Source: a virus
IMG/VR virus record: IMGVR_UViG_3300034280_000809
Location: 5,343-69,342 of that record
DNA: 64,000 bases
Direction: 5' to 3' (one strand)
Under the pieces are notes generated by a model. It had not been told where the DNA came from. It worked only from the letters and a program-made list of their open reading frames with translations, and searched no databases. Below, one piece after another: positions 48,797-59,306 of this stretch (position 1 is the stretch's first letter; every line of letters begins with the position of its first letter). The position numbers and the translations under genes were made by a program.

Positions 48797-49390
48797 TCGA
48801 AAGGTGGAGGCCGCCCGTCAGGGCGGGCCGACACCTTGAGCGATCAGTAAGACTACTCTTTAAAAATTTACTGCAATTCTATTAGGTCTAATATAAATAG
48901 ATCGCCCTTCCTTATTTTTTTTTTAAATAAAGAATCGTTGGGGTAAGTTATAGACCTCAACATAAAAAGTCATCATAAAATTATTTGTGATTTATACCAA
49001 GGGTCAGTTTTAGGTTTTTTTTAAACACTTGTTATTTTTAAAAAATACACTTAAAAAACAATGTAAAGTATTATCTTGTATATAGTTACATCTAAACCAA
49101 TGTTTGCTTTTTAAAGAAATGCCTCAAATTTAAACTTTTTATTTAACCTAAGTTGTTTGTACATAACAGTTTGTAATTAAATTTTAAATTTAAACTTTGT
49201 TATTTTGTTTGTTTTCAAGATTTAATTAGTTTGTAAGTCCTTGTTAAATATAGCTTTGCGGTTAAACCTTATTTTTAAAAGTTATTTTTTTCTTTAAATG
49301 GAAATTTTTAGAAAGGAGGTAGGAATAATTATTACTAAAGTATTGACTAATTATTATCTCATAGTACCTTTAGGTACATAGGAGTCTAGT
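48791..49390. other. Candidate replication origin / control region
   Basis: GC-rich imperfect hairpin 48791-48849, then about 540 bp of very AT-rich non-coding DNA with phased IHF-like sites. Confidence 0.45.
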
Positions 49391-49391
49391 T

Positions 49392-49889
49392 ATGAATGTA
49401 AGTCTTAGCGAAGATGTTTTTTGGAAAACAATACCGCCAGCATCAGTAACTCAGTTGTCAGAAATAACAAAAACAATTTTGGCAAAAGAGCCAACAGGGT
49501 TAAAGAAAGTTAGTTTGCGTGTACCATACAGCAGCGAACTAACCCCCGAAATTAAAGAATCAGATTCAGCAATTATTTTTGGTGACATATTAGTTTACTG
49601 GTTATCTAAACACGAATTGTTTTTAAATGGTTTGACAAACGCTGATGTACTTTTTGAAAAGTACGCTAACTTAAATCCCGATTTTAAATTTCAAATTACT
49701 GTAAATAATATTGTTGTTCGTTTAGAGATTGAAGAATTCAAATTGTACGAAATTATTGAAGAATACTTTAACAAATTTTTATTCAAAAAACCTACTCATC
49801 TATCAAGTTTTGAATTGTCTTACAGCTACATTGCACTCGAATTTACAAACACCACTGTCTTAAACAAAGACTCAATAAGGAAACGATAA
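49392..49889 (+). CDS. Hypothetical protein
   Basis: AGGAG RBS. Confidence 0.6.
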   Translation: MNVSLSEDVFWKTIPPASVTQLSEITKTILAKEPTGLKKVSLRVPYSSELTPEIKESDSAIIFGDILVYWLSKHELFLNGLTNADVLFEKYANLNPDFKFQITVNNIVVRLEIEEFKLYEIIEEYFNKFLFKKPTHLSSFELSYSYIALEFTNTTVLNKDSIRKR

Positions 49890-49891
49890 TC

Positions 49892-50914
49892 ATGCGTCCA
49901 AAGCTTTTAGAAATTGCAATTGAAGAATCACTAAAGACCAAAGTACCGTTAATGATTTGGGGGCCTCCTGGCATCGGCAAATCAAAAATTATTTCACAAG
50001 TTGTAGAAAAGGTTGGCTACACATTGATTGATGTTCGTTTAGCCACTTTAGATCCTGTTGATCTTCGCGGACTACCCGTAGATGTTGGAGGATTTTTGCG
50101 TTGGTTAAAACCAAGCTTTTTTCCTACGACAGATAAAACTGTAATTTTGTTTGATGAATTTTCACAAGCTCGTCCAGAAATTCAAGGTGCATCTTTGCAA
50201 GCTGTTTATGACTATCAGTTTGGCGATCATAAACTTCCAGAAGATACCCGAATAATTCTTGCCGGTAATCGAACTACAGATCGCACCGGAGCTAACAGAA
50301 TGATTAGTGCTATGAAAAACAGGGTGGTTCATATCACAGCAGAAAGTCATTACGAAGATTGGATTGAATACGCAACCTCTAAAGGAACATGGGATTCCGT
50401 TTTAGGTTATATTAATTTTGCTCCGCAGCATCTTTCAACTTTTGATCCGTCTAAAGAGCAAGAGTGTTTTGCTTCTCCACGAAGTTGGGAAATGCTTAGT
50501 TCGTATAAAAATGCACCTTTGTCTGTTTTGCCTTCTATTGTATCGGGCTTAGTAGGTAAAGAAATTGCTCCAGCGTTCTTAGCGTTTCATCGATTGCTTA
50601 ATGAAATTAACTTTAACGACATCATGGCTAACCCTGACACTTGTGTTTTGCCTAAAAAACAAGATGCTCGTTACGCACTTATGGCTGGATTTTCTAGTCG
50701 AGTTAATAAAGATTGCAAACAATACGCAATACCTGCAACCAAAATCGCTCTTCGTTATGCTCAAGAAGGTTGCAACGAAATGAGTGTAGCATCTATTAGA
50801 AGCTATCAGACTTCTGATAAAGAATATCAAAAAATTGCTCTGCTTAAAGTTCCAGAATTTGTCAATTGGTTACAAGCTAATTCTTCGTTTGTCAAAAGTG
50901 TATGTACTATTTAA
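49892..50914 (+). CDS. MoxR-like AAA+ ATPase
   Basis: WGPPGIGKS, DLRGLP, LFDE, AGN, SPRSWE. Confidence 0.88.
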   Translation: MRPKLLEIAIEESLKTKVPLMIWGPPGIGKSKIISQVVEKVGYTLIDVRLATLDPVDLRGLPVDVGGFLRWLKPSFFPTTDKTVILFDEFSQARPEIQGASLQAVYDYQFGDHKLPEDTRIILAGNRTTDRTGANRMISAMKNRVVHITAESHYEDWIEYATSKGTWDSVLGYINFAPQHLSTFDPSKEQECFASPRSWEMLSSYKNAPLSVLPSIVSGLVGKEIAPAFLAFHRLLNEINFNDIMANPDTCVLPKKQDARYALMAGFSSRVNKDCKQYAIPATKIALRYAQEGCNEMSVASIRSYQTSDKEYQKIALLKVPEFVNWLQANSSFVKSVCTI

Positions 50915-50926
50915 GGAGTAATTAAA

Positions 50927-51784
50927 ATGATAACTACCACCACAGGAAAAGGTTCATTGATTTTTTGGGATTCAGCAAATGTTGATAAGAAAGTTTTAAC
51001 AGATTTGCTAATTGAATGTGGATTAAAAGAGTTCACCCCTAAAGGGAGAACTAATCTTACCGTGTTGTACGATTCTCTTAAGACTGTTTATTCAGAAAAA
51101 GATGGATATTTAATTCGTCAATTAAATGCTCAAGGTTACGAGATCCTTAGAGAACAAAAAGGCCTTGAGAAAAATGAACGACAATACATTTGTTCTTATT
51201 TTATCAGTGCTTCTTTAGATAAAGTCATAATGACAAATGTAAATGAAAAAGAATTAAGTTTTGTAAACAACATGTATGAAGGACTAAATAAATACTTCAC
51301 ACCTAATGATGTTTCTAGAACTCTTAAAAATATCATCATGTCTGTTCCAAATGGATTGTACGGTACAAGTTTGCGTTCTTGTGGTGGTATCTATTGGTTA
51401 GCCGAAAGCTCTATGACTATCTTTAGGATTCTTTCAGAAAAACTTGAAAAGCAAAGTCCTGTTCGAATCTATCATGTAAACCACGAATTGGGTGAAAAAG
51501 AAAAACAAGTGGTACTTGAAGGTATTTTGGACGAGCTTGCTCAGAAGATTAACACAATATCTACTGAAGTCTATTCGGGCGATTTAAAGAATCATGCTTT
51601 GCAAAGTAAATTAAAAGCTTTAGATCATATTGAAAACAAAGCAAGCCATTACGAAAACATTTTAGATATGACTTTAATGGCTACTAAAGACCTTATTAAC
51701 AAAACAAAATGCACAATCACCAGTGCAATTCTTATGTTGGACACGCAGTCTACACATAAAGAACTTCAGACTCAAAACAATTAG
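50927..51784 (+). CDS. DUF3150/DUF6744-like protein of MoxR-vWA loci
   Basis: LR..GGIYW motif; position between ATPase and vWA genes. Confidence 0.5.
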   Translation: MITTTTGKGSLIFWDSANVDKKVLTDLLIECGLKEFTPKGRTNLTVLYDSLKTVYSEKDGYLIRQLNAQGYEILREQKGLEKNERQYICSYFISASLDKVIMTNVNEKELSFVNNMYEGLNKYFTPNDVSRTLKNIIMSVPNGLYGTSLRSCGGIYWLAESSMTIFRILSEKLEKQSPVRIYHVNHELGEKEKQVVLEGILDELAQKINTISTEVYSGDLKNHALQSKLKALDHIENKASHYENILDMTLMATKDLINKTKCTITSAILMLDTQSTHKELQTQNN

Positions 51785-51792
51785 GAGTAATC

Positions 51793-53145
51793 ATGGATGT
51801 AAAACAAAAGATAAGTAGGGCATTAACAAAATTATTGTTAAGTCCAAAACCGGAAGCTCCGTTTTTCAGTAGCTGCGTTATGCAATTAGACATAGAAGAA
51901 AAAGCTTCTGCTAAAACAATGAGTACAGACGGGAAAAATATTTATTATAATTCAGAGTTTGTAGAAAAATTGTCAGATGAAGAATTGATTGGTACTCTTT
52001 GTCACGAAATCTGGCATATACTATTTTTTCATCACACTCGAATGGGAGCAAGGAACCCAGAGCTTTGGAATATTGCTGCGGATTTAGCTATCAATCCTAT
52101 TTGCTTAGAGCAAAATTTTCTATTACCTCAGGGAGTATGTGTTCCGGGTGTAAAACCGTTTGAAACTTTACCAAAAGATCTTACCGCAGAAGCTTATTAT
52201 GAGTTACTAAAAGACCCTAAGAATGGAATTCCTCAAGAAAAGACTAACGACAATCCTATTCCATCTAATGGTAATGGTTCTAATCCTGACAAAGATTTAG
52301 ATGATGACTCTGATTCTTGTTTTGAAGAAAATGATTCTTCTGATTCGTCTTCAGAATCTGACTCAGATTTTGATTCAGACTTTGGTTCTGATTCGACTTC
52401 TGATTACGATTTTGAAGAAGACGCGGAAGAGACTCCTACAAAAACAAATGCACCTAACGAAACAATTAAGTATAAATGTCCTCAAACTTTTGGTGAAGTT
52501 ATGCCTCCAGGCAAAGCTACACCCGAAGAATTACGAGAAGCCGAATCTGATACCGAACTTATGACAGAGATGGCAAAACAAACTGCACAAATGCGGGGAG
52601 ATTTACCGGGATCTTTATCAAGAATATTAGCACAAAAAAAACCTAAAGTTGATTGGAAGCATTTGCTTCAAGAATATCTTCTTAAGTTTTCTAAAAGCGA
52701 AACTGTTTGGACTAAACCAGACAAACGATTTTATCCAAAGTATCATCTTCCATCATTGGGTGGAAAAGAACTAGGAACAATTGTTTTTCTCATTGATACT
52801 TCTGGAAGTATTAATACGAATTTGTTGTCTGCTTTTGCTGCAGAAGTTAACGACTTTAGATCGCAACACAAAAAGAACACAGCAATTTTGTGGCACGATG
52901 TAAAAGTATACAAAGAAGAAATTTTAGAACCCGATGACTTATGGGAACCAAAAGTTAAAGGTGGCGGAGGCACATGCCACATTGAGGTTATTGGAAAAGC
53001 TTTAGATTATCAACCTGATTTAATTGTGTGCTTAACTGATTGCTATAGTCAATACCCCGCTGATCCGGGTGTAGATACATTGTTTCTACGGTATGGTCAA
53101 GGAACTGCCCCAGCTTGGGGAACAACAATAGACATGGAGCTATAA
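51793..53145 (+). CDS. Metallopeptidase + vWA protein (DUF2201-like)
   Basis: TDG...YN, HEIWH, WN.A.D..IN; MIDAS DTSGS, GGGGT, LTD. Confidence 0.88.
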   Translation: MDVKQKISRALTKLLLSPKPEAPFFSSCVMQLDIEEKASAKTMSTDGKNIYYNSEFVEKLSDEELIGTLCHEIWHILFFHHTRMGARNPELWNIAADLAINPICLEQNFLLPQGVCVPGVKPFETLPKDLTAEAYYELLKDPKNGIPQEKTNDNPIPSNGNGSNPDKDLDDDSDSCFEENDSSDSSSESDSDFDSDFGSDSTSDYDFEEDAEETPTKTNAPNETIKYKCPQTFGEVMPPGKATPEELREAESDTELMTEMAKQTAQMRGDLPGSLSRILAQKKPKVDWKHLLQEYLLKFSKSETVWTKPDKRFYPKYHLPSLGGKELGTIVFLIDTSGSINTNLLSAFAAEVNDFRSQHKKNTAILWHDVKVYKEEILEPDDLWEPKVKGGGGTCHIEVIGKALDYQPDLIVCLTDCYSQYPADPGVDTLFLRYGQGTAPAWGTTIDMEL

Positions 53146-53146
53146 A

Positions 53147-54550
53147 ATGAATCTTAAAGAAAAAGCAATGCAAACTTGTAAAGAACTTCCTGACGAAACT
53201 TATACTGGATTTAAAGCTTTACGAGCTTGCTTAAGGATTAATTCAAAGAAAAATTTAGTTTTTAAAACTAAAAATAAAAAAGAGAAAAAACAAAAAATTT
53301 ATTCTGCACCTTATTTATATGCAAAGCACTCGTTAGCAATTGAAAATTCTTTTATTTCTCTTTCTACTAAAAATGTTTCTTATAAATGTTTAGAAACTTA
53401 TTTTAAGTACAAAGAATTTTCTTTTTTTGATGCTAATAAATTAGACAGAATTTGCAAATACGGTAATGCTCTTTCGATAGCAAATCGATTTTTATCTAGT
53501 GTATTTAAACTGTCTTGGAGTGGAAACAAGGTTGAATTAAAAAATGTTGGAAATTTAGTTTCCGAATGGAAAAAAGAAGGTTTGCTTTATTTTTTTGAAC
53601 AGAATAGATCGTTGTCAAAAATAACAGTTAGATTTATTCCCGCTTCTCCGCAAAAAAGTTTTAAACATATTCATGGAGTAAATGTTGTGAACATACCTAT
53701 TGCAGCAAATTGGTTTAAAAATATTTATTTAAAAGGTTTAGCTGTCTGCGGTCTTTTTTCTGGTTTTCAAAAAGAAGACTATCTTGTTACACACATTATA
53801 AATCATGTACACACCGAACCAATGGAAGGAAATCAGATTGATATTTATGAAGGTTGGGTACTTCTTGCAACTAAAGAAAAATTAGATGTAAGCGAAACAG
53901 GTGTTTGTTTACGCAAAAATATTTATCGACCAGACCCAAATGAAGTAGCTAACGGATTACGCAGCGTAAGGGTTTTATTAGTTAAACTTGCGTCTAATAA
54001 TTTTTGTTATGGTTTAAATTATCCTGACACTTCAAAGATTGACCTTTCTTCTTTTGTAAAAACAACTGTTCAAAAGGTTAAAGGTCTTATAGCTTCTGAA
54101 ACTTTAGCTTTAATTACTAAAGAAAAACCTCCGACATTTCGTTCACTTTTTAGAGGTTTAAGTCCTGTTCCGTTTGACACGGATTGTTCAGAAGAAATTG
54201 CAAGCACTGTGCCTGCAAAGGAATTAGTGGCCACTTTATAAAAGGATTTTGATATGGCTATTGAAGATGAGATTAAACGAGTTGTTGGTACTTATGTTAA
54301 AGATGCGTCAGACAAAATGTCTTTAGAAGTTAAAAACAACTTAGAAAAATTAGACGAAGAGTCTGAAAAGATTAGCCTGCAATTGCTTTTAGAATCTACA
54401 AAGCTTACAGAAAAAATAAAAACAGACATTCAAAAATTATGCGAAAAAGAATGTGAAAAGTTAAAACAAGATATTGAAAAGTTTATTGCTCAAGTAAAGG
54501 ATTCATTCACTAAAAGAACGGGAGGCAAAACATGGTTTTGGCTAAAGTAG
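53147..54550 (+). CDS. Two hypothetical genes (53147-54241; coiled-coil 54254-54550)
   Basis: ORF track. Confidence 0.55.
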
Positions 54551-54683
54551 GAGCATCCGTTATGGGCGAAGTTATCTTAACCCTGGCTATTGTAGTTGTA
54601 GATACAATCTCAGATTTATTTGCAAAAGGAGTTCAAGAATTTATTTCGAGTACCTTTTGCAGAAAAAAGAAAGAAGAAAACTA

Positions 54684-54860
54684 ATGGTAGAAAAAGTAAT
54701 GCTAACAAGGCAACAAGCAGCCGATTGGTTAGCAGTAAACCCAAAAACGATAGACCGTATGATTCTTGCAAAACAATTAAAAGTAATAAAACTTTCAAGA
54801 AAGTGCGTAAGAATTCCAGTGGAAAATCTTCAAAAATTAATAAAGGATAAAACTCAATAA
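54684..54860 (+). CDS. Excisionase-like HTH protein
   Basis: LTRQQAADWLAVNPKTIDRMI...L...K....VRI. Confidence 0.8.
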   Translation: MVEKVMLTRQQAADWLAVNPKTIDRMILAKQLKVIKLSRKCVRIPVENLQKLIKDKTQ

Positions 54861-55360
54861 TGGATAGCAACATTGAAGATTACTCTTCGCGTATTTTAGA
54901 ACAGCTTTCATCTAGTGTTTACTGTGCTTACATTGCACATGTAGACAAAGCAATGGATGAATACAAGCTGTCAGGGGTTTTAAAAGGAGAGCTAGAAGGG
55001 TTTCTTATTGTAAGTGGAGATTCTTTACTTGCAGCAAAATACAGAGAGTTATGTGATAAACAATTTGCAAGAGAAGAAGCGGTACTTATCGGAATTGAAA
55101 AAGAAAATATAAAAGAAATGTACTTAAAGCTTACTAATAACAAAGTAAAAAGCCGTAAACAAAATTTAGGTATACCTATTCTTTTTCTTTATAAAGGCGA
55201 TCATCTTCTTAAGCATTTAGATTTTAGCATAACAGATCGAATGTCAGATCAAATAGTAGACGATTTGTATAAGTCTATTGGAGATTTAAAACTTGTAACA
55301 AAAATGGTTTCTTCTTTTCGAGAATACAATCAAATGAAAGGTCGATATGAAAATAACTAA
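54860..55360 (+). CDS. Hypothetical protein
   Basis: Coupled ORF. Confidence 0.55.
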   Translation: MDSNIEDYSSRILEQLSSSVYCAYIAHVDKAMDEYKLSGVLKGELEGFLIVSGDSLLAAKYRELCDKQFAREEAVLIGIEKENIKEMYLKLTNNKVKSRKQNLGIPILFLYKGDHLLKHLDFSITDRMSDQIVDDLYKSIGDLKLVTKMVSSFREYNQMKGRYENN

Positions 55361-56219
55361 TGTTAAAAACCTTCCAGAATCTTTGGTCAATGCAATTACT
55401 TTTGACGACTATTCTAAAGGGTCTTCAGATTTAAGCGTTACAGATTTATGGAAATCGCCAAGACTGTTAAGTTTAGAAAACAAATACCAAGATCAAATAT
55501 CACAAGATGCCTCTGATAGAATTTGGGTTCTTTTAGGTAAATGTATTCACGAAATTCTAAGACGATCTGATACAGAAGCTATTACAGAAACCAGATTGGT
55601 AGATGATATTCTTGGTTATAAAATTAGTGGACAGTTTGACAGGTTTGTAAAGAGCCAAGGCTTGCTTCAGGACTACAAAGTAACTTCTGCGTGGTCTATG
55701 GTTTTTGATTCTAAACATAAAGACTGGACTAATCAGTTAAATACTTATGCTCACTTGCTTAGGAGGCATGGGCACGAAGTAAATAGATTAGAAGTTGTTG
55801 CAATCCTTAGAGATTGGCAAGCTAAAGAAGCTAGAATGAAACCTACTTATCCACAAAGTCCAGTTCAAGTTGTTACTTTAAATTTGTGGAGTAAAGAAGA
55901 AGCTCAAATTGCAATAGAAGATCGCGTCAAAAAACATAGTGATGCTAAACAAGCTTTACCTTTATGTACACCAGAAGAACAATGGGAGAAACCTGCTGTT
56001 TTTGCTGTAATGAAAGACGGTCAAAAACGAGCATTATCTTTGGCTTTAACTGAAGATCAAGCTCTTACAGATAAAGCTTTGTTTGAAAAAGAACAAGGAA
56101 GCAAAAAAGTATTCATTGTTAAAAGGCCAGGAGAAAAAACTCGGTGTGAAGCTTATTGTTCTGTAAAACAATTTTGCGACCAATACAAACAAGAGAAATC
56201 AAATCACGCTGAACCCTAG
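55347..56219 (+). CDS. PD-(D/E)XK nuclease (Cas4-like exonuclease)
   Basis: G...HE, GQFD...DYKVT, QLN.Y, C-terminal C...C....FC. Confidence 0.8.
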   Translation: MKITNVKNLPESLVNAITFDDYSKGSSDLSVTDLWKSPRLLSLENKYQDQISQDASDRIWVLLGKCIHEILRRSDTEAITETRLVDDILGYKISGQFDRFVKSQGLLQDYKVTSAWSMVFDSKHKDWTNQLNTYAHLLRRHGHEVNRLEVVAILRDWQAKEARMKPTYPQSPVQVVTLNLWSKEEAQIAIEDRVKKHSDAKQALPLCTPEEQWEKPAVFAVMKDGQKRALSLALTEDQALTDKALFEKEQGSKKVFIVKRPGEKTRCEAYCSVKQFCDQYKQEKSNHAEP

Positions 56220-56269
56220 TAAAAAATAGATATTTAATTAATAATTTCGTTCATCAAGAAGATGAGATT

Positions 56270-56297
56270 AAAGGAAGCTTTCGGGCTTCCTTTTTTT
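56270..56297 (+). terminator. Rho-independent terminator
   Basis: AAGGAAGCT-TTCG-GGCTTCCTT followed by T-run. Confidence 0.8.
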
Positions 56298-56591
56298 ATA
56301 TATAAGGAGTTACTTATGCGATTTTCAGAAATGACTTATGTAAAACCAAATATTCTTTTAAAAATTGTAGAGTCACCAACAAACCTTTCTGTTGGTGGAC
56401 AAGATAAAAAAGAAGTTTTGTACACAGTAACATTACTTAGAAAATCTAAAGACGGTTATGCTCCCGCTTACTACGAAGAATGCGGAGAAGCGTTTGATAA
56501 TAGCCCTGTTGAAATGTATCTTGATGCCGTAGAGGTAGAAGAAGTTATTAGCTTTGTTAAAAGCATAGAAGAAGAACCAGAGTTTGTTAAG

Positions 56592-56926
56592 TAGGTCACC
56601 CTATAGGTAACCCATTAGGTAACCCAAAACGCAAGTTTTAATAATGAGTACACTTAAGTTATTGTAATATATAGGCTTATGATAATAATTTTTTGCACGA
56701 CAACCTGCCTCTGGAGCAGTTTGTCTAGGTTCGAATCCTAGTTCCCCAGTTCTTTTTTTAGTTAAACCTTAACACCCAATATAAGCCAATACTCCTTTAA
56801 TATAAGCCTTTAAAGCCGTTTGCTTGAGCTTTAAAGGTTGACTTGGCGTTTGCCTGCCTAAGTACCATAATAGCCAATGAAGGACTGTTTTACCGATTGT
56901 AGGTAACCCATTAGGTAACCCAAAAC
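56592..56926 (+). repeat. attP arm-type repeats (TAGGTAACCC units; 27-bp perfect repeat at 56604-56630 and 56900-56926)
   Basis: Direct repeats on both sides of the tRNA fragment, next to the integrase. Confidence 0.85.
56705..56749 (+). other. attP core: 3' half of tRNA-Gln(CTG)
   Basis: CTGC-CTCTGGA-GCAG anticodon arm, CTAGG-TTCGAAT-CCTAG T arm, TTCCCCAG; 5' half absent. Confidence 0.85.
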
Positions 56927-56947
56927 TTAATTCAAGGCAAAGTATTT

Positions 56948-58177
56948 ATGGCTTACATCATACGCAGAACAAGGATTAGATGGGTGTTAAACGGCAAAAG
57001 GGTTGCAGCTAAAACAAAAGGGGCAAAAAAGGTGGTAGAGAAATCCCCTTTTTATTCTTTAGGTACAGGTTTGCCCGATAAAAGAAAGCAGTTTATTACA
57101 CTTAAAGGGGTTACCTCAAAAGAAGCTGCGTACCTTTACTTGCAACGATATAATAAACAACAAGAAAACAAAGCGTTGGGTTTAAATTCCTTAAGACCTG
57201 ATTCAGAAAATTACAATATTGATGCGTTGCTAGCTTTATTTTTAGAGTCATTTAAAAGAGAAAGCCGTAGTGAGAAATATGTAAGAGATGTGACTTACAT
57301 CTTAACTTGTTTTTTAAAGCATCCTTCAATTACATTTCTTTCTGAAATAAACACCAATAAAATTTTTCAATTATTAGATAAAAAACAATCAAAAAAAGGA
57401 AATATTTGGTCGGCTACAACGAAGAATGTATGTAGGAGATATTTGAAAGTCTTTGGAGCTTGGTGTAAAAAAGAAGGGTACTGGTTAAAAAACAAATTTA
57501 AATCTATTGAAAGGTTTAGCGGAGTAAAAATCAAATCTAGAAAAGCTCTTAATGTATATCAAATTAAAAAGCTTATACGAGCAACTACTCTAAGACCTTT
57601 CTTTCAACGCAGCCGAACAGGTAAGTTAATTAAGTTTACTCCTAAGTATACAGCTTACTTAAAAACTAAATCTCGTTGTCGTGCTCTCCTTTATTATTAT
57701 CTTTTTACCAGCGTATCCAGATTAGGAGCTGCTTTAACTTTAACTCCACAAGATTTAGAATTAGATGGGCCTTATCCTTGTGCAAACTTTTCTGCCGATA
57801 GGGTTAAAAAAAGAAAGATACTATCTAAACCTTTACCTTTAAGTATGGCAGTAATGTTAAAAAGCTGGATCAAAGAGAAAAAAATAAAAGCTAAAGAACG
57901 AATATTTAATTTAGGAAAAATTTTAACTAGAGATTTTCATAAAGATTTAGCCTTTGCAGGTATACCTAGAAGATATCCTGACGGAAGTAGCATTGATATT
58001 CACGCTTTAAAAACTTCTGCTATTAGTTTTTTAGGTCAAAACGGAGTAGAAGGAAAGCTATTGCAAGATATTGGAGAACATGAAAACTTAAATATAACTA
58101 ACACTCATTATTTAAAACTAAATCCTGACCAATACAAAAGTGTAGCAACTTTGTTTGAAACTAATTTGTTTTTATGA
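56948..58177 (+). CDS. int: Tyrosine integrase
   Basis: SR box I, DIHALK box II, EH.....T..HY; adjacent to attP. Confidence 0.85.
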   Translation: MAYIIRRTRIRWVLNGKRVAAKTKGAKKVVEKSPFYSLGTGLPDKRKQFITLKGVTSKEAAYLYLQRYNKQQENKALGLNSLRPDSENYNIDALLALFLESFKRESRSEKYVRDVTYILTCFLKHPSITFLSEINTNKIFQLLDKKQSKKGNIWSATTKNVCRRYLKVFGAWCKKEGYWLKNKFKSIERFSGVKIKSRKALNVYQIKKLIRATTLRPFFQRSRTGKLIKFTPKYTAYLKTKSRCRALLYYYLFTSVSRLGAALTLTPQDLELDGPYPCANFSADRVKKRKILSKPLPLSMAVMLKSWIKEKKIKAKERIFNLGKILTRDFHKDLAFAGIPRRYPDGSSIDIHALKTSAISFLGQNGVEGKLLQDIGEHENLNITNTHYLKLNPDQYKSVATLFETNLFL

Positions 58178-58864
58178 TCGATCAATAGTAGAACAAAATT
58201 TTTGTGTTTGTCTGTAATATTCTGTTTCTTCTTTTGGCTCGGGTCTGTTGTAATACCAGCCATGATGTTTGCAGGTGTAACGTCCAGCTAGACGCGGAGC
58301 TATAAAGAATTCGTCATCAAAGTATTTTTTGTTGTAAAAAGCAAAAGTAGTATCTGTTAAAGCTTCGTATATGGGATCACCACCGTCTGTTGTATCTAAT
58401 ATGATTTTCCAATAAGAAGGTTCGTGAATGTTAATAGTAGGGCAAATTTTATCTTTTTCTTTAATGTCTAAAGCTAATCCTATTTTTTTCCATCTTTTTT
58501 TTTCTGATAAATCTATTAAGTCTTTTACTAAAGTATTAGGTACTTTGTCAGGGAATTCTAAATCGGGATCAGACACAAAAAAATAAGTTGGTAAGTTGTT
58601 CCATATTTCACTACGCAAAAAGAAATCCCTTGGCCCAGGATTTTCTGGATAACAAACTATAGGAAGAGTTGTTGTTTTATACCACTCTAAAAGTGGTGGA
58701 TACGTTGAGCCATTGTCTAATATTATTATGTTGTTTAAATTAAACTTATCCATTTGTTTGATGGTGTTTGTTAAATAAAAAAGCTGATTAAACATTGGGA
58801 TTATAAGAGGTGGTTTTGCTTTTATAAGAGATTTAGGTATATCACTAAACTTATTATAAAACAT
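58172..58864 (-). CDS. Glycosyltransferase (GT-A fold, family 2-like)
   Basis: IIP.FN, ILDNGSTYPPL, SDPD, DTTFA. Confidence 0.7.
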   Translation of the reverse strand: MFYNKFSDIPKSLIKAKPPLIIPMFNQLFYLTNTIKQMDKFNLNNIIILDNGSTYPPLLEWYKTTTLPIVCYPENPGPRDFFLRSEIWNNLPTYFFVSDPDLEFPDKVPNTLVKDLIDLSEKKRWKKIGLALDIKEKDKICPTINIHEPSYWKIILDTTDGGDPIYEALTDTTFAFYNKKYFDDEFFIAPRLAGRYTCKHHGWYYNRPEPKEETEYYRQTQKFCSTIDRS

Positions 58865-58877
58865 ATTGCACTCTAGT

Positions 58878-59237
58878 TTAAAGTTGATTTAGTTTTAAAA
58901 ACGCTTTTAGGATTTGATGAGTTCGTTCTTCTGGGGGTGGTTCGGTTTGTGGTTTGTTGGGTATTGGGGTTTTGGGCTGAGGGTATGTAGGTAATTCGTC
59001 TTTTGTTACTGGTATTTTGTTAAGTAGTATTAGGTTTTTGTTTTCAATTTTCCATAAGGTGTTATCTGCTTTAATCCAACCGTACCGCCAAAGCTCAAAG
59101 ACTTCTCGGTAATACACTTTAACTCTTATGTATTCTTTGATTGTATATTTAACCGCAGTAAACATATCTAGCACTTCTGTGCCAGGGCTTAAATCTACAT
59201 CTGATTTATAATACTCGCCAAGAAGTTGAGTATTCAT
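58878..59237 (-). CDS. Hypothetical protein
   Basis: ORF with RBS. Confidence 0.5.
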   Translation of the reverse strand: MNTQLLGEYYKSDVDLSPGTEVLDMFTAVKYTIKEYIRVKVYYREVFELWRYGWIKADNTLWKIENKNLILLNKIPVTKDELPTYPQPKTPIPNKPQTEPPPEERTHQILKAFLKLNQL

Positions 59238-59306
59238 AAGTCCTCATAGAAATAAAGCCTTTAGGTTAAGCGTTAATCCTAACCTAAAGGCAAACTACCT
59301 TATTGA

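Noticed and set aside
56705-56749. Functional tRNA-Gln gene
   Set aside because: 5' acceptor strand and D arm are missing; context fits an attP core
55347-56926. CRISPR-Cas system (Cas4-like gene plus repeats)
   Set aside because: Repeats are short integrase arm sites without regular spacers; no other cas genes
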